Assembly (NCBI GenBank): GCA_048013815.1 | Contig: CM106585.1 | Location: forward strand, 19,034,001-19,098,000 | From: Setoptus koraiensis | Lineage: Eukaryota > Animalia > Arthropoda | DNA: 64,000 bases | Direction: 5' to 3' | Part shown: positions 47,676 to 57,920 of the stretch, piece by piece | How positions within the stretch are numbered: position 1 is the stretch's first letter | Layout of the letters: each line of letters opens with the position of its first letter | The notes under the pieces: model-generated | The model's database searches: none | Seen by the model: only the letters and a program-made list of their open reading frames with translations | What the model was told of the DNA's origin: nothing | Program-made: the position numbers and the translations under genes

Positions 47676-47926
47676 ACAGCGAGTTATTCGATCGCTGTTA
47701 ACAATCGGCCCCAGTCAAGGGCCAAAAGGATATTTTATCTCCATCTTTTCGTGTCGTTTAGAAATTTGATTTTATTCGATTTTGGGTCTGATCAGTTGGC
47801 ACATTTTCACGTGATGCAACGAACGAACATTCGGATCCAGCGATAGCCAAATCTTTCTATTCTATCCATTGCAAATGTATCAATGTAACTATGGGCAATT
47901 TAACTATCGCAAGTTACCCGATCTAC

Positions 47927-48172
47927 TCATCCCATAAGAAAATCTCCACAGCAGCAGATCCTTCTTATCGGACGCCTATCATCTTCGTCAACGATCGGTG
48001 GTACGCCATCCATGTAGTCCCATAATTGGCAACCCCATCGGCAATTACCAGCATAATATATCTCAACGGGGTATCCTGGTGTATTATCACATCTGTTGGC
48101 TATGGCGTAATCAACCAAGACCAAATTGACGCAAAGAACTAGGGCCAAGATCAATGTGATACCTTTGAACAT
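47927..48172 (-). CDS. Secreted cysteine-rich peptide, copy 10 (81 aa)
   Basis: Signal + ANRCDNTPGYP...GNCRWGCQLWDYMDG...RRICCCGDFLMG. Confidence 0.9.
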   Translation of the reverse strand: MFKGITLILALVLCVNLVLVDYAIANRCDNTPGYPVEIYYAGNCRWGCQLWDYMDGVPPIVDEDDRRPIRRICCCGDFLMG

Positions 48173-48821
48173 TTTCGCTTCTTTTTTCCGTCGGGCTTTT
48201 CACCAAGAATGTTGCCAACGACTGTCGTTTGTATTTTGATCGTTATCTTTCTACTCCGAGAGATTTGCCTCAAATGATATACTTCAACCTGTCGCCCGCT
48301 ATTTATACGATGAGCGTACATTGAGCAATCTACTTTTAGATTTTATGTATCGACACGCTGGTGTTTGTTGCATATTTTCTTAAAGTTCATTTTCTGTCAC
48401 ACAGTGTCTGACTGACACCCAGCATTGTATTCGCTGCGAGGATTGTCAGGCGTGCACGTTCACATGAAAAGCAAGAAAAATACTGGCCTCAGGGAATTAT
48501 TCAATCATTTTAGGCAATCATCCCTGATAAAATTTGTGTTGTGCAAAGGGTTCAAAGCATTTTTTCTGGATCTTCTTGGAGAGTTTTTCTGATTGTTTAG
48601 AACAATCAGAAAAGAACTCTCGTATTTAAATTGGTTTTATTCAATTTTGGGTCTGGCCAGTCGATACATTTTCACTTGTTGAAATGGACGAATATTTGGA
48701 TCCAGCAATAGCCAGATCTTTTTATTCGATCCATGGCAAATGTTTATTGTTCTGCTAGAAATCTGTGTATCAGAGGACAGAAAGATTGGGCTATGTAACT
48801 ATCGCAAGTTATTCAATCTAC

Positions 48822-49067
48822 TCATCCCATAGGAAAATCTCCACAGCAGCAGAATCCTCTCAGCGCTCGCCTTTCCCCTTCTGCGCGGATTGGTTCTACG
48901 CCATCCATGTAGTCCCATAATTGGCAACCAAATCGGCAATTACCACGATAATATATCTCAACGGGGTATCCTGGTGTAGCATCACATCTATTGGCCATGG
49001 CATAATCAACCAGGATTAAATTGACGCAAAGAACCGAGACCAAGATCGAAGTGATACTCTTGAACAT
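48822..49067 (-). CDS. Secreted cysteine-rich peptide, copy 11 (81 aa)
   Basis: Signal + ANRCDATPGYP...GNCRFGC...RGFCCCGDFPMG; the TATA box is mutated. Confidence 0.88.
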   Translation of the reverse strand: MFKSITSILVSVLCVNLILVDYAMANRCDATPGYPVEIYYRGNCRFGCQLWDYMDGVEPIRAEGERRALRGFCCCGDFPMG

Positions 49068-49712
49068 TTTCTTTTCTTTTTGTTGTAGGGCTTTTTACTA
49101 AGAATATACCTAACGACTATTGCCTGTATTTCGATTGTTATCTGTCTTTTCTGAGAGATCTGCCTCGTATCACACACTCAGAGCTATTTCCAACTATTTT
49201 TACGATGAATCTACTTTTAGGTTTCATATATCACGTTTTTGTTTGATGTACATTTTTATAAATTTCGTGATTGTCACGAAGTATATGACTGACATCCAGC
49301 ATTGTATTCGCTGGTGGTATTGTAAGGCGCATACACGTATGAACGAAAAGCAAGAAAAATACGGGCCCCGGCGAAGTATTCAATCATTTTAGGCAATCTA
49401 CCACTGAAGAAAAAAATAGCGGGGTGCCTCTGTAGAGGGTCAAAAGAATCTTTTTTCTCGATATTTTCGTGTCGTTTCGAACGATCAAAAGAACTCTCGT
49501 TTTTGAATTAGGTTAATGAAATTTGATTCTATTCAATTTTGGATCTATCCAGTCGATACATTTTCACTTGTTGAAATGGATGAATCTTTGGATCCAGCAA
49601 TAGCCAGATCTTTTTATTCTATCCATTGCAAATATTGATTGGTCCGCTGGAAATATGTGTATTGGGGGTCAAAAAAATGGGCAATGTAACTATCACAAGT
49701 TACCTAATCTAC

Positions 49713-49964
49713 TCATCCCATGTGAAAATCGCCACAGCAGCAGATTCCTAACATCGCACGCCTGTCTCCGATTCCACGGACTGCGGGCACACCATCTTGG
49801 TAGTCCCATCTTTGGCAACCGTCTCGACAATTACCAACATAATATATCTCAACGTTGTATCCTGGTGTATTATTACATCTGTTGGCTGTGGCGTAACCAA
49901 CCAAGGCTAAATTGACGCATAGAACCAGAACCAAGATCGAAGTGATACCCTTGAACATCATCAT
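49713..49964 (-). CDS. Secreted cysteine-rich peptide, copy 12 (83 aa)
   Basis: Signal + ANRCNNTPGY...GNCRDGC...LGICCCGDFHMG; the TATA box is disrupted. Confidence 0.88.
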   Translation of the reverse strand: MMMFKGITSILVLVLCVNLALVGYATANRCNNTPGYNVEIYYVGNCRDGCQRWDYQDGVPAVRGIGDRRAMLGICCCGDFHMG

Positions 49965-50518
49965 TTCTTTTTATTGTAAGACGTTTTACTATGAATATTC
50001 CAAACAACTATTGCCTGTATTTCGATTGTTATCTGTCTCTTCTCTGAAAAATCCGCCTCGAATAATGCGCACAGAGCTGTTGTCCAGTATGATAATGGCA
50101 GTATCTGAACGATGAGTGCTCCAATCGAGCAATCTACTTTTAGATAGCATATATCGACACGTTGGTGTTTGTTGCCTATTTTTATAAAATACCTTGTTTG
50201 TCACGCAGTATATGACTGACATCCATCATTCCATTCGCAGGCAGCATTGTCAGGCGTGTACGTATGAATGAAAAGCAAGAAAAATACGGGCCCCCAGTGA
50301 AATCATTTTAGGCAATCTGCCTCTGACAAAAAAAATGCGGGGTGCCTCTGTAGAGGGTCAAAAGAATCTTTTTTCTCGATCTTTTCGAACAATCGGAGGA
50401 ACTATTCTATTCAAATTGGGTTGATGAAGGTTAATTTTATTTCATTTTGCGTTCTGTCAGTTCAGTACATTTTTATGTGCTGAGTTAGAGCAATCAGGGC
50501 TCAAAATAATGGCCCAAT

Positions 50519-50758
50519 CTAGATCAAGCTACAGCAACAGACTCCCAATCGCGGACGCATGTCTCCGGCTGGACGCACTGGATAATCTCCATCAGCGTAA
50601 TGATTCTCAAGGCAACCCTCTCGGCAATTACCAAGATAGTCTAGCACGTAGGGGTATCCTGGTGTGTGTTCGCAATCGTTGGCCATGGCGTAACCAATCA
50701 AGGCCAAGTTGACGCACAAAACCACGGCAAAGATCAGAGTGATATGCTTGAACATCAT
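50519..50758 (-). CDS. Secreted cysteine-rich peptide, copy 13 (79 aa)
   Basis: Signal + ANDCEHTPGYP...GNCREGC...LGVCCCSLI. Confidence 0.9.
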   Translation of the reverse strand: MMFKHITLIFAVVLCVNLALIGYAMANDCEHTPGYPYVLDYLGNCREGCLENHYADGDYPVRPAGDMRPRLGVCCCSLI

Positions 50759-51399
50759 TTTCTTTTTGTCGTCGGACTTTTTACCAAGAATATTCCTAAC
50801 GTGTGTTGTTTGTATTTCGAACAGTTATCGGTCTACTATGAAAGATCTACTTCGAATGATGTCTCCGCAGAACTTGCCCCCTCTATTTATACGATGAGCC
50901 TATCGATTGAGCAACCTACTTTTAGACTATGTACCCGCGCTCGACATGCCGACACGTAGGTGTCTGGTGTGTATTTTTATAAAATTCATTGCCTGTCTCA
51001 CGATGTATGAGTCAGACAGTCTGACAGATGCTGAGCAGCGCATCGGCCGGGAGGAAAGTCATGCGTGTACGTATAAACGGAGAGCAAGAAAAACAAGAGA
51101 ACTCAGCAAAGTATTCGAAAATTTTAAGCAATCAGCCTCCGAAAAAATTTGTGCGTTGCGAGGCCCTTTTTTCCAAATCTTTTCGAGTTGTTTCGAACAA
51201 TCAGAAAAACTCTCGTATCTAAATTGGGTCAATGAAATTTGATTTTATTCAATTTTGTGTCTAGTCAGTGGGTACATTTTCACGTGTTGCAACGAACGAA
51301 CATTTGGATCCAGCGATAGCCAGATGTTTCTATTCTATCCGTCGCAAATGTATCAATGTAACTATGGGCAATGTAACTATCGCAAGTTACCCGATCTAA

Positions 51400-51651
51400 T
51401 CATCCCATAAGAAAATCTCCGCAGCAGCAGATACCTCTTAACGGGCGCGGGTCATCTTCGTCAGGGATCGGTGGTACGCCATCCATGTAGTCCCATAATT
51501 GGCAACCCCATCGGCAACCCATATAACCAATATAATATATCTCAGCGGGGTATCCTGGTGTATTATCGCATCTGTTGGCAATGGCGTAATCAACCAAGAC
51601 CAAATTGACGCAAAGAACCAGTGCCAAGATCAATGTGATACCTTTGAACAT
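51400..51651 (-). CDS. Secreted cysteine-rich peptide, copy 14 (83 aa)
   Basis: Close paralogue of copy 10; ...GCRWGCQLWDYMDG...RGICCCGDFLMG. Confidence 0.9.
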   Translation of the reverse strand: MFKGITLILALVLCVNLVLVDYAIANRCDNTPGYPAEIYYIGYMGCRWGCQLWDYMDGVPPIPDEDDPRPLRGICCCGDFLMG

Positions 51652-52298
51652 TTTCGCTTCTTTTTTCCGTCGGGCTTTGCACCAAGAATGTTGCCAATGA
51701 CTATCGTTTGTATTTTGATTGTTTTCTGTCTACCCCGAGAGATCTGCCTCAAATGATACACTTCAACCTGTCGCCCGCTATTTATACGATGAGCGTACAT
51801 TGCGCAATCTACTTTTAGATTTTATGTATCGACACGCTGGTGTTTGTTGCATATTTTCTTAAAGTTCATTTTCTGTCACACAGTGTCTGACTGACACCCA
51901 GCATTGTATTCGCTGCGAGGATTGTCAAGCGTGTACGTATAAATGCAGAGCAAGAAAAACAAGAGAACTCAGCAAAGTATTCGAAAATTTTAAGCAATCA
52001 GCCTCTGAAAAAATTTGTGCGTTGCGAAGCACTTTTTTCTAAATCTTTTCGAGTTGTTTAGAACAACCAGAAGCACTCTCGTATTTGAATTGGTTTAATG
52101 AAATTTGATTTTATTCATTTTTGGGTCTAGCCAGTCGATACATTTTCACTTGTTGAAACGGACGAATCTTTGGATGCAGCGATAGCCAGATCTTTTCATT
52201 CTATCCATTGCAAATGTTGAATGATCTGCTTGAAATCTGTGTATCAGAGGACAAAAAGATCGGGCTATGTAACTATCGCAAGTTACCCAATTTACTTG

Positions 52299-52544
52299 TT
52301 AGCCCATGAAAAAATCTCCACAGCAGCAGATCCCTCTTATCGGACGCCTGTCATCTTCTAGACGGATTGGTTCTACGCCATGTTGGTAATCGGCTAATTG
52401 GCAACCTACACGACAGTCACCTAGCCAGTGTATCTCAACGCTGTATCCTGGTGTATCATCACATCTGTTGGCCATGGCGTAATCAACCAGGATTAAATTG
52501 ACGCAAAGAACCAGGGCCAAGATCAATGTGATACTTTTGAACAT
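52299..52544 (-). CDS. Secreted cysteine-rich peptide, copy 15 (81 aa; start reassigned to ATG 52544)
   Basis: MFKSITLILALVLCVNLILVDYAMA-NRCDDTPGY...GDCRVGC...RGICCCGDFFMG. Confidence 0.9.
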   Translation of the reverse strand: MFKSITLILALVLCVNLILVDYAMANRCDDTPGYSVEIHWLGDCRVGCQLADYQHGVEPIRLEDDRRPIRGICCCGDFFMG

Positions 52545-52854
52545 TTTCTCTTTTTTTTTTTCCTTTTTTTCGGGCTTTTTACCAAGAATGTTCCTAATGA
52601 CTATTGTGTGTATTTTGATTGTTTTCTGTCTACTCCGAGAGATTTGCCTCAAATGATACACTCAGACCACTATTTATACGATGAGCGTACATTGAGGAAT
52701 CTACTTTTAGATTTTATGTATCGACACGCTGGTGTTTGTTGCATATTTTCTCAAAATTCCTTTCCTGTCACATAGTGTCTGGCTGGCATCGAAGGTCCGA
52801 AAGCATCTTTTACCTGGATCCCTTATCGCTTCGTTACGAACAATCGTAGGAATC

Positions 52855-53005
52855 GTCGCAGAGCTGGCGCCCACTGTTTATACGCTGAACGTATATGGAG
52901 CAATCTACTTTTAGATCTATTTTGTGCCCGCAACAACAGACATGCCGACACGTTGGTGTGTGATGGATATTTTTGTAAAATTTCTTGTCTATCACGCTGT
53001 GCTCG
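52855..53005 (-). pseudogene. Orphan copy of the peptide-gene promoter module with no coding unit downstream
   Basis: TATAAACA (52875-52882), caatctacttttagat palindrome and cgacacgttggtg block are present. The sequence downstream is spacer-type, with no Inr, leader or ORF. Confidence 0.6.
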
Positions 53006-54509
53006 ACACGCTTTATGTGAGATATGTTCAGACATTGAGCGTCTGAATGAGTAATTTCGGGCGATTGTTTCCCATGAAACTCACTCGAATCGGTCTTGAT
53101 CGTGTGTATTATCGCGCTATTTCAGCAACAATATAGAGTGTTTGCAACTGTCTGACTGGATAAATTGTTGCGGATAAATACAAGAGAAATGTCGCTATTT
53201 ATATCACGACCATCATCATCAAAATTCATGCCGCGTTTATGGCCGCGGCCACAATGACACGGCAAACCGGGGGCCCGGGCCCGCGGACACAATTCTCGGA
53301 TGAATCATTGGACATTATTAGATTGTAGAGTGGATCATTGTGACGATTATTGCGTTAGTGGGGGCCAGTTTTCAGTGGCAGTGCCACCAGGGCGCTCAAA
53401 TCACTGGCCGCGTGATACAATTTGGCCATCGCATCAGCCGTATAACACAATTTGACCATCGCAGCGGCCGTATAACGCAATGGGCCCCGTTTGTGTCTGC
53501 GGGGGCGTTCCACTTGAGGCGACAAAATTGATGTCTTTATCGGAAAATGATCACACACACACACACACACACATAGTATATGTGTAATATCCAGGCAACG
53601 TGTCATTTTCCAATCATGGCCACGAGCATTTAGCGCCAGAAGCACGACGACCTGTCCAGCAATCCATCAACGAGATGAGGCCGCCGATGGGATAATTTGA
53701 GTGGGCCCGGCGATAAAATTTTCTCGCCGCTATTGCTGGCCGCTATTGCCCGCCACCGAACTGGCCGAATTGGCCGAACTGGCCGAAATGGCCCGGTTTG
53801 GGGCCGCTCGGGAGCCGGCGCCACTGGGCGACATTTGTCGGAATGGGCCCGGCGGGAGGCCCATTTCGGGTTGAGTTTAAAACGAATCAAGCACAACCGA
53901 GCGCCCACTTAAGCCCCATTTAATGCGCGCCTCGGCCGCGCTGCATTCCGACGGCACACTAATCAGGCCGGCCGAGGTGCGAGCTCATTGTTTTGCAGGG
54001 GCCCCGCGACCGCCCCATTGTGCCGCTGGCTGCCGTTTGGTGCCGCTCCGTCGCTCGGTCCGGTGTTCGGGGGCGCCGGTCGGCGCGCGACACCAAACAA
54101 AGGCTTTGCAACTCATCAAGTTTCATTCTGTGCCACGTACCATCGTCATCAATTGGCACGTGATGAGAATTTGCATGCGACAATTGAGTTGTTTGGCGCG
54201 TGCATCGTGCCTCGTTGCGAGCGATTTTGCGCCAACGAGGTTGCGGGCGATTTTGCGCCAGCGAGTTTGCTCGGGCCCAAATTCAATTGTCATTACGGCC
54301 ATATCACCGGACTATATCATTTTGGTGTAATTTTAGTTTCAAGTGGGCGGCTCGCATTGTTCGCACCCTCTGGTGGACGGTGCAGGCGCGATTTATGAAC
54401 TGCCAACGGAAGCAACAATGACCGGCGCGATATGAATATGATTATCCGTGATATATGTGACTGCTTATGGGGGCGCCAGGGTCGAGCCCGATCGACCGCG
54501 CCAGCACAT

Positions 54510-54590
54510 ACGGCCCCATATATCACACGATACATCACACGATACATCACACGATATATCGCACGATGTATCGCACGATATATCGCAGCG
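54510..54590. repeat. 12-bp tandem repeat (CACACGATACAT / CGCACGATATAT)
   Basis: Read directly; about 5-6 copies. Confidence 0.8.
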
Positions 54591-57500
54591 CGGACGGGCG
54601 AGCGCTCGGGTCGCCGCAACACGCAGCAATATACAGCAATACGCAGCAATATGCAGCAATATACGAGCGAGTGACAGTCTGCCAGACAGGGTCACATGTC
54701 GATATGCGGATATTTGTGCGACACGAACATGATATGTCGCCCTGGCGGCCGGCCGGCAGTTGCGAGACGCTGCGAGACAAGCGAGCCAGTAAGTGGCTCA
54801 TAATTAAGTGTCAGCTAATTTGGGCACCAATCACGGGCCGGCGACCGACGCGACTGCCGACATTTCGGCCAGCACCGACTCAGCTCGAGCGGCCGCCGAC
54901 TCGGCCGCTCGGGCCTAACTTGGCGCACGGGCTAATATAAGATGCGAGAGCCCGCTCGACTGGCAATTGTCCAGTCAGCCGCTCTTATTAGTGGGGCCCC
55001 GGACAACTCTTTCGCGCTGCTGACCAGCGCCCGGCCGGACAAACTGGCAAACAAACCGGCAAACAAACTGGCAAACAAACTGGCAAGCAAGCCGGCGGAA
55101 ACTGCTAACTGGCGCTCGACGCAAACGACTCAGCGCGGCCGTTATATTTTCGGCCGTGCCAACTCACTGCTCACGAGAGCGTTAAGTTACACGCCTCCCA
55201 CTCTCCCACTGGCCACTGGCGCTCGCTTCCACTGGCCACTGGCGCTCGCTCCCTCTGGCCACTGGCGGCCAAAGGACGGGCCCAGAATGGGAGCCCGGAA
55301 TTGAGCGCACGGCGCCCAGTTAATGGCAACATGGACAGCGGGATAATAAGCTGGCCCAAGAGATATGTGAGGGCGACTGATCTGGCTCGGTCCGGTGTCC
55401 GGTTCGCACTCGAGACACAAGCATGCAAACACAATAAAATGCAGTTAGTTAGCTCTGAGCGCTTGCCAACTGGCCGAGCTGAGCCGAGTGGCAGCCAGAA
55501 ACTGGTGGCAGGCGCCAGCGCGGACACTTGGCTCGCCGGCGGTCAGCGACGGCGGTCGCCCGCACGCATGAATGCCCAATCGGGCCGCCCATTGTTCGCA
55601 GCGCAATCTTGGCGGCTCGCCACTGGCGTCCACTGGTCAGCGACCTAGCCAGCGCCCTAGCCAGCGATACAACGGCGATATAACGGCAAAATAGCCGGAG
55701 AAATAGCAGGTTGTGGCAGGTTTGTGCTGTTGCGCTGGCCGCATGATAACAGTTGCACCACTAGCATTATTATTCATTCGCGGCCATCCATCAGGCGTCT
55801 GGCCCCATCGAGCGTCGCCGGTGCGGAGTGGTGCAGCTCGGTGCGGCCTGGTGCAGTTGGTGCGGCTTCGGGCGGCTCAGTGCGGCCACGTGCGAGCCGC
55901 CCGAGTTACGTTGGGTGCAAGCTACGGGCGCTACCTGGGCTCCGATGATAGCTTACGATTGTCGGTTAGCTATAGAGTCGCCATGATGATAGAGACGCAT
56001 AATAGAGACACGGATGTTTGCTGTGATACAATAGTGATAGCGGCGTCGGCCGATAGGCGATATCTGTTCGTCTGGCACAACAATCGTTTCGATCAGGCCC
56101 ATGGTCGTGGCTGCTCGTATCCACACATGAATAGTCTCACAATTGGGCCGCTGATTAACTCACCCGAGTCCCGAGTCTCGAGTCTCGATTGTCGAGCCAA
56201 GCGCCCAACTGTGGGCCAGACGCCACCGCCGGACTGGACGGCAGTCTGGCCAGGCCGACTGGCGATTAATGTGGCGAGCTTGCCGATGATTGCGCCAAAA
56301 CTGGCGAGTGGCGCCCGTTACATGACCGTTACATAAAGGCCGCTCGCTGCACGACGATGTTAATGGTTTTGCTGACGGGCCGGCCCGTCCGGCAACCGCA
56401 CGGCGCAACGGCGACGACAAGCGCGCGACGACAAACAATAAACAAACAAACAAACGATCGGGCAATATAAATAGGCATTTTTGCATGCCGTCACGGCATG
56501 CAAAAATGCCGCCGCGCCGCTCGCCAAGCACGTTCGCCGACACGAAGTGCAAAGTGGTTGCCCGGCGCGAATTACTCGCCTGTGTGCTGGCTAGGCAATT
56601 TGCGCCGCGTGAATATCAGCAGTGGGCGACGGGCCATCTGGCCATCGCATTCTTGGGCGCGCGTTATCACATTGTTAATAGAGTGTCGTGGGCCCATTGT
56701 CAATGGGGCCCATTTCGGCATTGTTGTCAGTGGGAAATGCGCGCCAGACGCGGAGCGTCTAGCCAAGACGTTGTCGCGCACAACGCACACACGCACGCGA
56801 CATTAACTTAATCAACTTGATTGTGGGGCGCGCGTGGGTGGAGATCATGCCAGCCACTTGCAAATGTGCGCAAATTGCGCCCGGCGCCTAGGTGACGGCG
56901 TATCGCTGCCGGCCCGGCGAGCCTATCGCTGTCGGTCGGCTCGCCAGCGTTGGGGCCGGCCGAGCCGACATTGGGGCCAGCCGAGGGAGCGCGACGCGCC
57001 CAGCGGAAACGGCCGCGTGCCACGAAAGACGGCACAATGCCCGGCAAGGCAACGGCCCGAGAAAACAGCGACGTGCCCGAGAAAACGCTGACAAAAGAGG
57101 GGCGCGGCCCCAAGTTGTTGGCAGCACTTGAGCGAGTCGCCGACAACAAATTGCCCATTGAGCGCGACAGCAGCGCCTTGTTTCTGCAGCCGGAACTGGG
57201 CGCTTATCTAATTTATGTCCCGTGGCCCGTGCTCGTCGAGCCGGCTGCTCGCTCGGCCGGCTCGGCCGGCTTGGCGAGCGGCGGCGGCCGAGCTATTAAT
57301 AACTGGCGACGACAAGCTCGCTCGTGTCCACTGTCACCCACGGCACGTTGTTAGGCCGTCACTAGGCGGCGCAAACACCGACGCCATGTCACAAACAACT
57401 ATCATGTTTCCTCGCATACACAATTATCCGCATCACGGTCGGACGGGACGGCGGGCATGGGCGGGGCCCGCGTGCAATTATCAATTCGATCGCCGCTTCA

Positions 57501-57684
57501 GGCTGCCGCAGTCTGCGGCCCACAGTCTGCGGCCCACAGTCTGCGACTCACAGGGCGCCCTCCAACGCCGTCCGTGCCTTCGCTCGCGGATCGAGGCGCC
57601 GGCCCAACGAACGTCCCGACTGCGGGCATCCACCGGGACATGCGGCTCGCTCGCGGCCGCGCCGACAACGTCTCCGCCTCCGAC

Positions 57685-57920
57685 GGAGTTCCGAATTCCG
57701 ACCCGAGGTTCGGAATTCGGAATTCCCAGCTCGGTATTCTCAATTCCGAACTCGGGCTTCGAAACTCGCGATCCGAAATTCGAAATTCAGACTTCAAATT
57801 TCGAACTTCAAACTTCAAGCCTCGAACTTCGGATTTCGAACCTCCGATTTCGAAACTCGAACTTAGAATTTCGGACTTCGAATTTCGGACTCCGAACTGC
57901 GGATTCGAAGTTCGAATGCG
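57685..57920. repeat. Degenerate 7-bp TTCGAA/TTCGGA-type tandem array
   Basis: ttcggaattcggaattccc...ttcgaaattcagacttcaaatttcgaacttcaaacttcaag...ttcgaagttcgaatg. Confidence 0.75.

Noticed and set aside
38769-52544. Regularly repeated units as a CRISPR array or prokaryotic cassette system
   Set aside because: Units are about 1 kb eukaryotic gene duplicates with TATA boxes and poly(A) signals; there are no short identical repeats with unique spacers and no cas genes.
47927-52544. F-x-M-amide tails as tachykinin or CCK mimics
   Set aside because: They do not match F-x-G-L-M-NH2 or W-M-D-F-NH2; the resemblance is limited to Phe and Met.
10620-57920. GAA/TTC arrays as heat-shock elements
   Set aside because: Most have 0, 1 or 3 nt between GAA and TTC instead of the required 2, and no triple nGAAn run was found.
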